NCBI GenBank assembly: GCA_963729895.1
Contig: CAVSQB010000026.1
Span: 64,001-128,000, forward strand
DNA from: an uncultured Fibrobacterota bacterium
Lineage (GTDB): Bacteria; Fibrobacterota; Chitinivibrionia; Chitinivibrionales; FEN-1185
Length of the DNA stretch: 64,000 bases
Direction of reading: 5' to 3'
Both the position numbers and the translations under genes were made by a program. Under the pieces are notes generated by a model. The model saw only the letters and a list, made by a program, of their open reading frames with translations, was not told the origin of the DNA and did no database searches. Positions 27,813 through 38,410 of the stretch are shown one piece after another (the first letter of the stretch is position 1; each line of letters opens with the position of its first letter).

Positions 27813-29627
27813 CTAGGGCCGCGCCGCCGGAGCCCCGTTGTCGGGCGAAATGAACCTGTCGAGCGCCTTGGCGGCCTGGAGGCAGAAGTTGAGGAATATT
27901 TCCTTGTCTTTCTGCGTGAAATGCTTGAGCGCGTATAAATCGATCGACTTCTTGTCGTACAGCGAAAGCGTCCCGATGATCCTGCCGTTGCGTTCGAGGT
28001 ACATGCTGAGCACCGAACGCGAGTCCGCGCCCACCCATGCATAGTCCGACTTGCTCAGGTCCTTGATGAGCAAGGCGCTTTTGTTGCGTATGACGTCGCG
28101 GCTGATGATCCCGTCGAGCGCCTCGACTTCCTTGAGGCGGGAGAACGTCTGCAATGAAAACGAATCGAGCACGTCGAGCGCCTGGGTTGCCTGATTGTAA
28201 AGGCGGAGTATGGAGCTCTCCGCTTCGAGGATGATGCACGCGTGCGAGTTGAGCAGGTTTGCCAGCTCGGTCTTGCTGCGCGCCGAAGCAAGGTCGAACG
28301 ACACTTCGGATATGGCGGAGAACTTTATGGACTGCACCCGGAAGGCCTCCATTTCGAGGCTCTTTGAAAGCTCGGCCGCAATCATGTCGCCCACTTTGTT
28401 GAGCAGCGCCGACTCCTCTTTCATGTCCTCGGCATCCGAGACAACGTGCAGAAACAGGAGCCCCACCATGTCGCCGCCCGTGCGCACGGGCTGCATGAGG
28501 TACCACTTCTTTCCGCCGTCCTTCTTGTCGGGCACGCACAGGGCCACGGCATCGCTGCTTTCGAGCACGAGTTTGGAGAAATAGTCGTTGAGTTTGAGTT
28601 TCTTCCCTTTTATCAATCCAAGGTTGAATGAACTCGACGCCTTGGCCAAAAAGACGCCCTTGTCGGAGTAGAAATCGTAGTAGTTGCAGATTTCGCCGGA
28701 AAACGCGGTGACGAGTTTGAGCAGCAAAAGGTTCACCCGCTCGTCGAACGAATACTTGAGGGTGAGGATATCGCGGGCGTTGTTGAGCAACGACAGCAGG
28801 AACGTGGAACTGGCGGACCGCTCGTATTCCTTGGACGTCTTGATGATGTCGGCCGTGAAATCGCTGAGCTTCTTCACATAGGCGAGATCGCCCTCCGAAA
28901 AGACGCGCTGTTCGGTCTTACTGTTGATGCTCAGGACGCCCACCACTTCCTTTCCTATCACAAGCGGCGTGCAAATGGAAGAGACAAGGTCTTTGCGCTC
29001 AAAATCGGCTGCATAGCGTTCCCGGTCGGCGGCGCCCTTGATGAGCAAGGGAATGCCTGTCCGCGCCACGGTGCCAGCAATGCCCTTCCCCACTTTCTGC
29101 GTGGTCGACTTGACAATGCCCGCATCCAGGCCGTCGGCGATCTCGATCTTGAGCGTTTTTTTCTGCGGGTCGACAAGCATGATGGATCCCGAATCCGCCC
29201 CGCTCGACCGGATCGCGACGTTGAGCACCAGCTTGAGCAGCTCTTCCTTATTTTTCGACAGGTAAATGGCCTCGCGAATCTCGTGCAGGCTGTTGAGCAG
29301 CCTGGTCTTGTCTTCGGTAATGCCCGACCCGAGCAGGTCGCTGGCGCCTGCCGTAAACAGGATGCGAGCCGACAGCCCGCTGAGGATGTCCACGTTGGGC
29401 AGGTTGAGCTTGCGGAGCGCGCGGTACACCGCGGCGTCGTTGGTGGTGTTAATGATGATGTCGAGCTGGGGGAAATGCTTGAGGTCGCCCAGATCTTCGG
29501 CATCGTGGTTGACAATACGGATTACACGCACGCCATCGGTATCGAGCAACTCCAACAGGAGTGCCGCGCTCTCATGGTTGATCCCCACGAGAGCAACGGT
29601 GCGCGACTTTGATTTGATGAGCTGCAT
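27813..29627 (-). CDS. Multi-GAF-domain protein without an obvious output domain
   Basis: GSIML.D...L.I..A.GL...GKGIAG.VA..G.PL...S.IC.PL....V.GVL.IN.K....F...D GAF pattern, plus further GAF-like repeats. Confidence 0.8.
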   Translation of the reverse strand: MQLIKSKSRTVALVGINHESAALLLELLDTDGVRVIRIVNHDAEDLGDLKHFPQLDIIINTTNDAAVYRALRKLNLPNVDILSGLSARILFTAGASDLLGSGITEDKTRLLNSLHEIREAIYLSKNKEELLKLVLNVAIRSSGADSGSIMLVDPQKKTLKIEIADGLDAGIVKSTTQKVGKGIAGTVARTGIPLLIKGAADRERYAADFERKDLVSSICTPLVIGKEVVGVLSINSKTEQRVFSEGDLAYVKKLSDFTADIIKTSKEYERSASSTFLLSLLNNARDILTLKYSFDERVNLLLLKLVTAFSGEICNYYDFYSDKGVFLAKASSSFNLGLIKGKKLKLNDYFSKLVLESSDAVALCVPDKKDGGKKWYLMQPVRTGGDMVGLLFLHVVSDAEDMKEESALLNKVGDMIAAELSKSLEMEAFRVQSIKFSAISEVSFDLASARSKTELANLLNSHACIILEAESSILRLYNQATQALDVLDSFSLQTFSRLKEVEALDGIISRDVIRNKSALLIKDLSKSDYAWVGADSRSVLSMYLERNGRIIGTLSLYDKKSIDLYALKHFTQKDKEIFLNFCLQAAKALDRFISPDNGAPAARP

Positions 29628-29639
29628 ACAAGTACTGTA

Positions 29640-31034
29640 CTATTCCACACCGAGGAATTTCAACAACAGGCGCACGCCGAAGCCCGTGGCGAACTGGGGC
29701 ACTTCCCCCTGCGCCGGTTCTTCGTTGAACGCTGTTCCTGCAATGTCAAGATGCGCCCACGGCGTTGTCCCCACGAATTCCCGGATGAACGCCGCGCCCG
29801 TAATCGAACTGGCGTAACCTTTTTTGAAGCTGCTGACGTTGCGCAGGTCCGCGATGTCGCTCTTGATCGATTCGGCGTATTCGTCGTACAGCGGGAAACG
29901 CCAGAGGCGCTCGCCCGATTCCTCGCCCGCGGCGAACAGACGCTTCGCGAGGTCGTCGTCGTTTGAGAACAGCCCGGCCACGCTCGTGCCCAGGCTTGTG
30001 AGGATCCCTCCGGTGAGGGTGGCAAGGTCGATGATGCGGGACGGTTTGCGCGTTTCCCTGCAATAGGCGATGGCGTCTGCGAGCACGAGCCTTCCCTCGG
30101 CATCGGTGCTCGCGATTTCAACCGTGGTGCCGTTGTAGGCCGCGTAGACGTCTCCGGGGAAAAAGGCGTGCTCGCCGATGGCGTTGTGCGCAAGCGCACA
30201 CACGCCTACCACGTTTATTCTGGGCTTCAGGCCGGCAAGCGCCTTCATGACGCCCAGGACGGCCGCGCTGCCCGCCATGTCGGACCGCATGGTTTCGATA
30301 TGGCCCGTCGGCTTGAGGTTCTGGCCGCCCGAATCGAAGGTGATTCCTTTTCCGACGATTGCGGTGGAATCTCTTGATCCGGGATTCCCGCGGTACTCGA
30401 TCACGACAAGCCGGGGCGGATACTCGGACCCCTGGCCTACCGCGGCAAGCAGGCGAAGCCCCTTCTTTTCGATTTCCTTTTCGGTAAGCACTTCGACGGC
30501 AAGGTTGCCGCTTTTTGCGATGGACAGGGCGGAACCGGCCAGGAACTCCGGATGCGCGACATGCGCATTTTCGTTGACAAGATCGCGGCTGAAATTGACG
30601 CACTCGCATATGGAAACGATGCGGAGCGCGTCCCGCTGCGGTATGCCGTCGCCCACAAGTTCGAGGGACGAAACCGCGCGGCCTTTTTCCTTCTTGTACT
30701 TGGTGAATGCGTAGCCGCCGAGAAGCGCGCCTTCGATGGCGGGCGTCGAGTGGTCGCGCACGTGCCGTCCCGATCGCGGGACGGTCACCGACACGTCGGT
30801 CCTCTTGAGCGCGAGCGCCAACCTGATCCCGGTGCCTGCCGCGGCCCGGATGGTTGCCGCCGTGACCTTGTCGGCTTCGCCCAGCCCGCAATAGATAAAC
30901 GCTTTTTTCCCGTCGTAACGAACCGTAACGCCGTTCTTCTCCGCTTCGAAATCCGGGACGCCGGCCGTGTTCTCCTTTGTCAGAAACACGATCTGGGTCT
31001 GGAAATGCGCGGTCTTGGAAATGGTAAGCTTCAT
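29640..31034 (-). CDS. pepA: Leucyl aminopeptidase (M17)
   Basis: VGKGITFDSGG..KP...M.SDMAG, TDAEGRLVLAD, DLATLTG, WAHLDIAG. Confidence 0.95.
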   Translation of the reverse strand: MKLTISKTAHFQTQIVFLTKENTAGVPDFEAEKNGVTVRYDGKKAFIYCGLGEADKVTAATIRAAAGTGIRLALALKRTDVSVTVPRSGRHVRDHSTPAIEGALLGGYAFTKYKKEKGRAVSSLELVGDGIPQRDALRIVSICECVNFSRDLVNENAHVAHPEFLAGSALSIAKSGNLAVEVLTEKEIEKKGLRLLAAVGQGSEYPPRLVVIEYRGNPGSRDSTAIVGKGITFDSGGQNLKPTGHIETMRSDMAGSAAVLGVMKALAGLKPRINVVGVCALAHNAIGEHAFFPGDVYAAYNGTTVEIASTDAEGRLVLADAIAYCRETRKPSRIIDLATLTGGILTSLGTSVAGLFSNDDDLAKRLFAAGEESGERLWRFPLYDEYAESIKSDIADLRNVSSFKKGYASSITGAAFIREFVGTTPWAHLDIAGTAFNEEPAQGEVPQFATGFGVRLLLKFLGVE

Positions 31035-31284
31035 GTGTATACCTTCGTCTGATATCACGGACGGTGAAGATGGATCGTTGATATTCTAAAATAATTTTGG
31101 AATGGTGCATGAAGAAGAAAAGACTTTATGCACGCACTGCTCTTTTCGAATCCTCACCGCCAGGCCCGAGGCCGGAACCAAGCTAAAGATACAGGCGTCT
31201 CCGCCAGTGAAAAATGCCCAAGAGTTGTGGCTGTTGTACCATGCTCGATGTCTTGTTTTGTGCTCATTTAATTGCTGTGGGTTA

Positions 31285-31319
31285 AATTCCTCGAAGCTTG
31301 CTTCGGGTAGTTCATTTAC
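31285..31319 (-). repeat. IS200/IS605-end-like hairpin (PATE/REP-like)
   Basis: Minus strand GAACTACCCGAAG-CAAG-CTTCGAGGAATT; no transposase adjacent. Confidence 0.45.
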
Positions 31320-31398
31320 CGGAGTAATAATATCAATGCGTTAAACATGATGATCGGACGCTCAGGTAATCTCAGGGACACTTTTTTATCGGCAATGT

Positions 31399-31428
31399 TT
31401 GACAAGATGAGTACTTTGGTGATATATT
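31399..31428 (+). promoter_or_regulatory. Sigma-70-like promoter
   Basis: TTGACA-N18-TATATT with TG extended -10, upstream of the 31516 gene. Confidence 0.55.
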
Positions 31429-31515
31429 ATAGATTATTGTCATAATAATGCCGGACAGTCGCATTTTTTGCCGAGACCATCGAAATCCGGGATAGTTACT
31501 CCTCGGGGGCTCGCG

Positions 31516-33306
31516 ATGAAAAACCTGGGAAGCGTTGCAGTAAGGTTGCTGGCCGGCATGCTCCTGCTGGGCGCATGGTCAGACGCTCAGGTCCTTGTTC
31601 CCGCCGCCATTGCGTATCCCCAGCCGGTTCTCACTCCTGCCGCGCCGACGCAGAACGACAGCGTCGGGCTGTGGCTTGTCCTCGGTCAATCCGACAATTC
31701 CTGCGTGCCGACGTATACCGGGTCGTTCAAAATCACGCAGGTGAGCAAGTTCCTCTGCGTGCAGTCGCCATGCCCCCAGAACTATGTAATCTCCCTTACC
31801 TATTCAGAAAATCCGCCGCTGTTGCTTGGCCGGCCGTGCCTCGCCGTCGTCACCAACTACGGTCCGCAATTCGCATTCGGCAAGCTTGCCGTGGGGACCT
31901 ACACGGTTGTCGACAGCACGGGCGGGGGCGCGACCGTGGCGACATTCATGGTTACCCAGGAACTCGTTTCCTACAAGGTGAGCGGCAGCGTGATCCGGGA
32001 CCCGGGAGCGCTCACCGAAGTGCTTCCGATTCTGAATGCGTCGGTGTATCTGAAAACCACCGGTATCTCGCCGGTCCTTCTTTCCAGCCCGGGTGCGGCT
32101 ATCGCCTATCCTTTGTACACCATCATCGATTCGACAATTACGGACGCCTCCGGAAGATTTGCTTTTGCAAGCGTTGCCCAGGGCGCCTACGACCTGGGGA
32201 TCGTCGCCGCGGGCTACCAGTCGCGGGACGTTTCCATAACCGTTCCACCGGATACGCTCGTAAGCATTTCGATGCTCACGGTTGGTGCGATATGCACGGT
32301 AACGGGCAGCGTCAAGGAGGAAAAGTGCCCCGCGCCCGGGCTCGGGCTTCCCTGCTCGCTTTCGCCTGTCCAGGGATGCAGCGTGTCGGTGTATCTCCCT
32401 TTGCTTCTGCAGCCTCTTGCAAAGAAATCCGCGGTCATCCTCGGTAACTCCTACACCGCGATCACCAACGGCGCCGGCCTGTATGCCATAGACAGCATTC
32501 CCGTGACCTACACGGGGAACACGATTACGGTCACCGCCTCCAAGTCCGGATATGCCCAGGAATCAAGCCAGGCAACCCTGTTCTCCAACAGTTCCGTGAC
32601 CGTCAACTTCGTGCTGCAATCATCCTATTCAAACGCAGAAACCACGACGGTGGACGACGTGCAGTTCATCGTGGCAACCCAAAAATCGCAGTACGTGCGG
32701 GGTGACAGCATTGCCGTGCGCTACACCGTCATGAACAACTCAATGGCAACGGTCACCTACGATTTCTCGTCGGGCTGTCAGTTCGACATGATCGCCATGG
32801 CGCCGCCCAAAGACACGGTCGACTGGTATGGCAGGCTGCTTGCCTGCACCATGATGGCCACGCAGATCGTTCTTGCACCCGGCGGATCGAAATCCATGGA
32901 TTTTCCCGCGTTCGTCGATAACGACACGGCAAGCACCCTGGCAGTCACCGCGAAAATGATCGGCTACGACAAGAGCGCGTCGACGCTCATTGTTTCTGTT
33001 GGGAAAACAACGGCCGCGCTGCCCGTGCCGAGAAAAGTCGCGGATGCAAAGAAACCCGTGATCTCCTACTCGGCCGCGTCAAAGACGCTGTCGCTGCTTA
33101 TCGCAAGAAGCCAGTATGTTTCGGTGTCGGCATACGTGGTGAGCGGCCAGAAGATCTCGCAGCTCTCCACCAAGAAGTTCCTCACCGCGGGCACCCATTC
33201 CATAAGCCTGAAGAACGCTTCACTCACAAACGGGATCATCATATTCCGTGTGGAAGGCGACGGGTTCACGGCGGTCAAGCGGGTCAATTTGATCGAAGAG
33301 CGGTAA
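31516..33306 (+). CDS. Secreted multi-domain protein: carboxypeptidase-regulatory-like repeats, BsuPI-like (proteinase inhibitor) domain, T9SS-like CTD
   Basis: Signal peptide; TD.SGRF.F..V..G.Y.L...A.GY repeats; TV.NNS...VTYDFSSGCQFD...W...LAPG; C-terminal VSGQKI...GTHSI...GI..FR. Confidence 0.75.
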   Translation: MKNLGSVAVRLLAGMLLLGAWSDAQVLVPAAIAYPQPVLTPAAPTQNDSVGLWLVLGQSDNSCVPTYTGSFKITQVSKFLCVQSPCPQNYVISLTYSENPPLLLGRPCLAVVTNYGPQFAFGKLAVGTYTVVDSTGGGATVATFMVTQELVSYKVSGSVIRDPGALTEVLPILNASVYLKTTGISPVLLSSPGAAIAYPLYTIIDSTITDASGRFAFASVAQGAYDLGIVAAGYQSRDVSITVPPDTLVSISMLTVGAICTVTGSVKEEKCPAPGLGLPCSLSPVQGCSVSVYLPLLLQPLAKKSAVILGNSYTAITNGAGLYAIDSIPVTYTGNTITVTASKSGYAQESSQATLFSNSSVTVNFVLQSSYSNAETTTVDDVQFIVATQKSQYVRGDSIAVRYTVMNNSMATVTYDFSSGCQFDMIAMAPPKDTVDWYGRLLACTMMATQIVLAPGGSKSMDFPAFVDNDTASTLAVTAKMIGYDKSASTLIVSVGKTTAALPVPRKVADAKKPVISYSAASKTLSLLIARSQYVSVSAYVVSGQKISQLSTKKFLTAGTHSISLKNASLTNGIIIFRVEGDGFTAVKRVNLIEER

Positions 33307-33584
33307 GAGGTCGAACAAATATTTGGGCGATCCCTGGTTCGCAATCCCAATTTGCACATTATCGAAGAATTTAGCTGTTTTAGCCCAGACATTTTTGGCA
33401 AAATTTATTATATTATGCAATACGGGGACAGGTTGGGAGCCTGATCAACGAAAGGGGAAATTGGTAAGAAAAGGTCTTGAATCGGAATCCTGACTGGCGC
33501 CTTCATGGCAACACAAAGATGAGGCCGGATTCAATTTAACTGAATGCGAATAAAATTCAATCACTTTAACAAGAGGGTGTCTTT

Positions 33585-35252
33585 ATGAATCTCAACAGAT
33601 TTTTGCGGTCGGCTGCGATCTTGAGGAACATGCTGCTGGTAGCCATAGGGCTCGTCATGGTTGGCACAGCGTATGGGCAGAACGTCACATGGATGCGATC
33701 ATCCAGCGGCGGGGACCAGTGCAAGACCCAGTCGCTTTCGTTTCACGCTGCCGGAACCACGGAGCAGGTCACAGTTACCGTGAACCCGGCGACTACATAT
33801 CAGACCATGATGGGGTTCGGCGGTTCTTTCACCGATGCAGGGGCCTGGGCTTTGAACTTTCTCAGCCCAGCAGACCGCGCTACAGTGGTTAAGATGTATT
33901 TCGGCCCCACAGGCGCAAACTATTCGGTTTGCCGCTCGCAGATGGGCGCCAGCGATTTTTCTAACGTCCTGTACAGTTATGATGATCAGGCCGCAGACTA
34001 TACGCTGAGCCATTTCAGTGTTTCTCACGACTCCGCATTTATTCTCCAATGGGAGAAGGATGCACTGGCTCAAAATCCAAGCCTTAGAATATTCGGTTCA
34101 CCGTGGAGCGCCCCGGCGTGGATGAAATCGAACAACAATATGGATAACGGCGGGACCTTGAAAACGGATGCCAATACGCAAAATGCCTGGGCCTTGTACT
34201 TTGTGAAATATGTCCAGGCCTATACTGCTGCGGGTGTTCCCGTATGGGGAGTGACAATCCAGAACGAGCCGGCAGCAACCCAGAGTTGGCCATCCATGAT
34301 CTTTACCGATGTTACCGAGCGCGATTTTCTCAAGAATTATCTGGGTCCAACCCTGCAGAGCAATAACCTTGATACCGGCAAATTGCACGTCATGTTTCTT
34401 GACCACAACAGAGATATGATGGTCCAGTGGGCAAACACTTTCTATGCCGATCCCACTGCCACAAGCATGGTCTGGGGAGAGGCGATTCACTGGTACGACT
34501 ACCAGAATCTTTTCAGCGCCGTTAATCAGGTTTACACGCAATATGACATTGCCGGCCCGCACAAGCACATCCTCGCAACCGAACAATGCATAACCGGTTA
34601 CAATCAAGGCAATCCCCCTTCATGGGCCAACAGCGCCGAATCGTATGCCAAGGATATTTTTGGCGACTGTTCGAATGGTTCCGAAGGCTGGGTTGACTGG
34701 AACATGATTCTTGATCTGCAAGGAGGCCCGAACCTGTCCAATAACTGGTGCGAAGCCGGGATCATGATAAACACAACTGCCAAGACATACAACATCATGC
34801 CCATCTATTGGTATATGGCACAGTTTTCCAAGTATGTTCGGACCGGGGCCGTGCGCCTAGGCTGCACCGCAGCCGGAACCAATGCACCGGAAGTAATGGC
34901 ATTTAAGAACCCCGATTCCAGCATCGTGGTAATCGCGCATAATAATGGACAGACGTCCTACATCGGCAGAGTAATCATTGGGAGCAATCAAATAGAGTAC
35001 AGCAGTACTCCTTTGTCAATGGACGACTTCGTCTGGTACCCGGTCGGCGTTTCTGTTGTGAATAATCCTGCGGCGTCCTCGAGAACCAAGTCATCCGCCG
35101 GGCGCCACATTCTGGGTCTCAACAATACGCTGCAAGGTACGGGTGCAGCAAAGTTTACGGTATCAGGAAAAAGAGTTTCTGAGTCCGCAACGGATCGCGT
35201 TGCTCCCGGCGTATACGTTGACAAGCCAAGCGACAACACCGAAACGAAATAA
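33585..35252 (+). CDS. Glycoside hydrolase family 30, secreted
   Basis: YQTMMGFGGSFTD, MGASDFS, SPWSAPAWMK, QNEP (acid/base), ATEQC (nucleophile), WVDWN. Confidence 0.93.
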   Translation: MNLNRFLRSAAILRNMLLVAIGLVMVGTAYGQNVTWMRSSSGGDQCKTQSLSFHAAGTTEQVTVTVNPATTYQTMMGFGGSFTDAGAWALNFLSPADRATVVKMYFGPTGANYSVCRSQMGASDFSNVLYSYDDQAADYTLSHFSVSHDSAFILQWEKDALAQNPSLRIFGSPWSAPAWMKSNNNMDNGGTLKTDANTQNAWALYFVKYVQAYTAAGVPVWGVTIQNEPAATQSWPSMIFTDVTERDFLKNYLGPTLQSNNLDTGKLHVMFLDHNRDMMVQWANTFYADPTATSMVWGEAIHWYDYQNLFSAVNQVYTQYDIAGPHKHILATEQCITGYNQGNPPSWANSAESYAKDIFGDCSNGSEGWVDWNMILDLQGGPNLSNNWCEAGIMINTTAKTYNIMPIYWYMAQFSKYVRTGAVRLGCTAAGTNAPEVMAFKNPDSSIVVIAHNNGQTSYIGRVIIGSNQIEYSSTPLSMDDFVWYPVGVSVVNNPAASSRTKSSAGRHILGLNNTLQGTGAAKFTVSGKRVSESATDRVAPGVYVDKPSDNTETK

Positions 35253-35265
35253 CCGGTCGGTATAT

Positions 35266-35308
35266 AAATAAACGAACCCCGCTCAATCGAACGGGGTTCG
35301 TTTATTTT
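35266..35308 (+). terminator. Rho-independent terminator after GH30
   Basis: AAATAAACGAACCCCG / CGGGGTTCGTTTATTT 16-bp stem ending in a T-rich tail. Confidence 0.85.
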
Positions 35309-35361
35309 GTGTGACGATATAGGCGGCCTTCTGCTGAACGGCCTTCGTGGCTCAAGTGTGG

Positions 35362-36219
35362 CTATACCCCAATTACTTTCTCAGTCGAAATGGGAGTTTT
35401 CTCTTTGAATTGACCTCTGTATTCTTCAGGTGTTTTCCCCTTTAGTGATCCGTGTGGCCGTATCCGGTTGTAAATGTTCTTCCAATGTTCGATTATTCTT
35501 TCTGCGTCCTCTAATGAGATGAACCAGTTTTCATTCAAGCATTGGTCCCTGAATATCGAATTGAATGATTCTACAAAAGCATTCTGGCTGGGCTTGCCGG
35601 GCTGAATGAATTCCTGCCTTACCTGGTTTCGTATTGCCCAGAGCATGAGTTCTTTGCTCCGGAATTCCGGGCCGTTATCAGTCAACAGAGCTTCCGGCTT
35701 TCCGTACCTGGCCACCAGGTGGTCTAGAACTTGGCAGACTCCTAGTGCTGGAATAGAACGTGCTACCTTGATTGCAAGAGCCTCACGGGTGCAGTCATCG
35801 ACAACATTCAGGCATTTCAGCTTGCGCTTGTCGGAAGTACTGTCGAATATGAAATCCATTGACCAGCGACGGCTTGGCCGATCCGGCAGCGTCAACGGCA
35901 TCCGTTGGCTATTGCGTTTCTGACGCCTCCTCCGCTTGCTTTTCTGAAGCGATTCTTCCTTGTAGAGCCGATGCACACGTTTGTGATTTACTATGTACCC
36001 AAGGTTGCGGAGATACCAATAAAGCGTCGGAAAGCCCCATGAACGGAACGATGAAATGGTTTCATGCATTTTTGTTTTCAACTCGCTGTTCAAAGCCGAT
36101 TCCTGCGGTCGATAGCGGTACCCTGCCGGTGTCATACCCAGAAGTCCGCATGCTTTCCGTTGACTCAGGCCTTGCCGCATTAGTGCGTCCACAGTCAGCC
36201 TACGCTGAGGACGCTTCAC
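35362..36219 (-). CDS. IS3-family transposase OrfB
   Basis: NHKRVHRLY, WSMDF, VVDDCTRE, TDNGPEF, PGKP.QNAFVESFN; in -1 frame to OrfA. Confidence 0.93.
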   Translation of the reverse strand: MKRPQRRLTVDALMRQGLSQRKACGLLGMTPAGYRYRPQESALNSELKTKMHETISSFRSWGFPTLYWYLRNLGYIVNHKRVHRLYKEESLQKSKRRRRQKRNSQRMPLTLPDRPSRRWSMDFIFDSTSDKRKLKCLNVVDDCTREALAIKVARSIPALGVCQVLDHLVARYGKPEALLTDNGPEFRSKELMLWAIRNQVRQEFIQPGKPSQNAFVESFNSIFRDQCLNENWFISLEDAERIIEHWKNIYNRIRPHGSLKGKTPEEYRGQFKEKTPISTEKVIGV

Positions 36220-36482
36220 TATTTTCTTTGCAGCACTTCCTTCATTGCATCGATCTGAAGTGCCTGGTCTGCAACAATCCGCTTGAGCCGGCTGTTTTCG
36301 CCCTCGATCTCCTTCATCCTTTTCAGATCAGAGAGCTCAAGTCCGCTGTATTTGCTCTTCCAACGGAAGTACGTGTTCTCTGAAATACCATATTGACGAC
36401 AAAGATCAGCGACTTTGGCTCCGCGGTCGCCCTCTTGCAGGATCCGAAAAATCTGCTCTTCACTGTAGCGCTTGCCTTTCAT
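36219..36482 (-). CDS. IS3-family transposase OrfA
   Basis: RYSEEQI..IL, LCRQYGIS..T.FRWKSKY.G, ENSRLKR.VAD; A-AAA tetramer just before the stop. Confidence 0.93.
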   Translation of the reverse strand: MKGKRYSEEQIFRILQEGDRGAKVADLCRQYGISENTYFRWKSKYSGLELSDLKRMKEIEGENSRLKRIVADQALQIDAMKEVLQRK

Positions 36483-36901
36483 GAGTCCTCCTAGTTAGTT
36501 TAAAATAACTCGGAAAACTCCCTTCTCAAATGAGCAAGTTTTCGGGGGTATAGCCAAGTGCATTCCCAAGTTGTTTTGACTCATTTTGACTTGCATTGTT
36601 TTTATCTTATATTCTAAATAGTCGGTTATTATCGCCCTATCGTCGTTTCGATACATGTCTGAAAATCCACGACTCACGGCAGCGCGTCGGTTTCTTCCGA
36701 AGAGGGCGGCCGATTAATTCCCATAGTGTTGTTTCGAAGAGTGAAACGACGATGCAATCGACCCAAAAGGTGAGCAGAACCGGAGATTGCCGCGCTATCC
36801 TCGCAATGACGATTGTGCTTACGAAGGTGCAATGGAAGGATCTGCAAAACCGGTATTTCTAAAGAACTGTTCAATAAACCTTTCTCAAAGGAGTCTTACG
36901 A

Positions 36902-38320
36902 ATGATGAAGTACAGGCTTTGGATTGCAGCAGTTATCGGCCTCATGTGCTTGAGCGGCTTGTCACAAGCGGCAAGTGCGGAAGGAATTGATTCGACCGGC
37001 TCGTCTGAAACCAATACAAAAGGACTGACAGCACTTGGCCTCCGTTTTGTGGGTTTCGCCTCCGTAGAATTCGGCCAATTCATAAATACTTACATGTTGA
37101 CCAGCAGTACACCTCACCAGGATGAGATGGAGACGTATGTCAATTTCGGGGTGTCAAAACAAGTTACTGACCGTTTTGAGATCCAAGCCAGAGTCGAAGG
37201 GCAAATGTCTTTTAACACCTTCAACCAAAATGAGAAAGGCGGAGTAGAGGGATTCTACTTGCCACAAATGTACTACAACTTCTATTTTGACCGTGCATTC
37301 GGTTCTTATTCCCTGGGGGATGTGCAATCGCCCTATCTCAAGTTCACCCTCGGCTACTTTCCGTTTAAGTATAACCCGGATGCCCGCGACCTCGGCGAAT
37401 ATCTTTACAGAAGCGGCACCTACCCGGCATACCTCATTAATAATTTTGATTATCCGCAGGCCAGGCTTGCGGGGTTGTACGTGAGCAGCGACCTGTTCGG
37501 GTGGCTTCACCAGGACCTTCTCTTGACATCATCATGCGAAAGGCCGCCTTGGTTTGATTTGAACCTCGGGTATATTGCCAACTTCGACATTGCAAAAATC
37601 CTGAATATCGGCGTGGGCGGCATGTACCAAAGTCTCGTTCCTGCCGACGCGGGCCTCACTTCGCCAAAGGACCAGGAAAACTTGTACGTGAAAAATGCGG
37701 TTACAGATTCTCTCGGAAATATTGTTTCAGGGGATACAGGTTATTACACCTCCGCCGGATTGAAAGCAATGGCCCGTATTTCGTTTGATCCCAAACGGAT
37801 TTTCTGCCCATCGTGCGACGATTTCACTTTTCTTGGAAAAGAAGGTTTGAAAATATACGGAGAGGCGGCGGTGCTGGGCTGGGAGGATTACCCTGCAAGC
37901 CAGGCTAACCCCTACGGGTACGACGTGTTCCGGAATAAGACCCCCAGAATGGTGGGAATCAATTTGCCGTCGTTTGAGTTCAAGAAATTCAGCCTCTTCG
38001 ATGTATTCACGGCAGAACTCGAATATTATGGCTGCATGTATCCAAACAATTACCAATACAAAGATCAGGCGCTGTACTTACCCGTTCCCGTCCCTTCTTC
38101 TCAAACGGACCAGGATCCTCACACGTATGCCACTTTGGACAACTGGAAATGGGCGTTCTACGCAAAGAAGAGTTTCAAGAACGGCTTTTACATGGTGGGT
38201 CAAATCGCGTGCGATCATATCCGTAATGAATCGCCGGTCAATGCCTTTTACGATTCAGAGGAAATGCTGCGTTCTTGCCACTCCTGGTGGTGGGTGTTGA
38301 AGCTGGGATATCAATTCTGA
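36902..38320 (+). CDS. Probable outer-membrane beta-barrel protein
   Basis: Signal peptide, aromatic-rich amphipathic strands, C-terminal ...KLGYQF. Confidence 0.75.
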   Translation: MMKYRLWIAAVIGLMCLSGLSQAASAEGIDSTGSSETNTKGLTALGLRFVGFASVEFGQFINTYMLTSSTPHQDEMETYVNFGVSKQVTDRFEIQARVEGQMSFNTFNQNEKGGVEGFYLPQMYYNFYFDRAFGSYSLGDVQSPYLKFTLGYFPFKYNPDARDLGEYLYRSGTYPAYLINNFDYPQARLAGLYVSSDLFGWLHQDLLLTSSCERPPWFDLNLGYIANFDIAKILNIGVGGMYQSLVPADAGLTSPKDQENLYVKNAVTDSLGNIVSGDTGYYTSAGLKAMARISFDPKRIFCPSCDDFTFLGKEGLKIYGEAAVLGWEDYPASQANPYGYDVFRNKTPRMVGINLPSFEFKKFSLFDVFTAELEYYGCMYPNNYQYKDQALYLPVPVPSSQTDQDPHTYATLDNWKWAFYAKKSFKNGFYMVGQIACDHIRNESPVNAFYDSEEMLRSCHSWWWVLKLGYQF

Positions 38321-38347
38321 CAAACCGAATAAACCCAATTCGCTAAA

Positions 38348-38410
38348 GAGCCCCGACTCTTGAAAGCGCCTTGTCAGGTGCCGACAATCGTCGGGGTTCA
38401 TTTTTTTCTT
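38348..38410 (+). terminator. Terminator-like stem with unusually large loop
   Basis: GAGCCCCGAC / GTCGGGGTTC followed by ATTTTTTTCTT. Confidence 0.6.

Larger units (their letters stand above)
35359..36556 (-). mobile_element. IS3-family insertion sequence (IS407-like), 1198 bp
   Basis: TG..CA ends; imperfect IRs starting TGGCTATACCCC; AGTG 4-bp TSD at 35355-35358 and 36557-36560. Confidence 0.93.
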
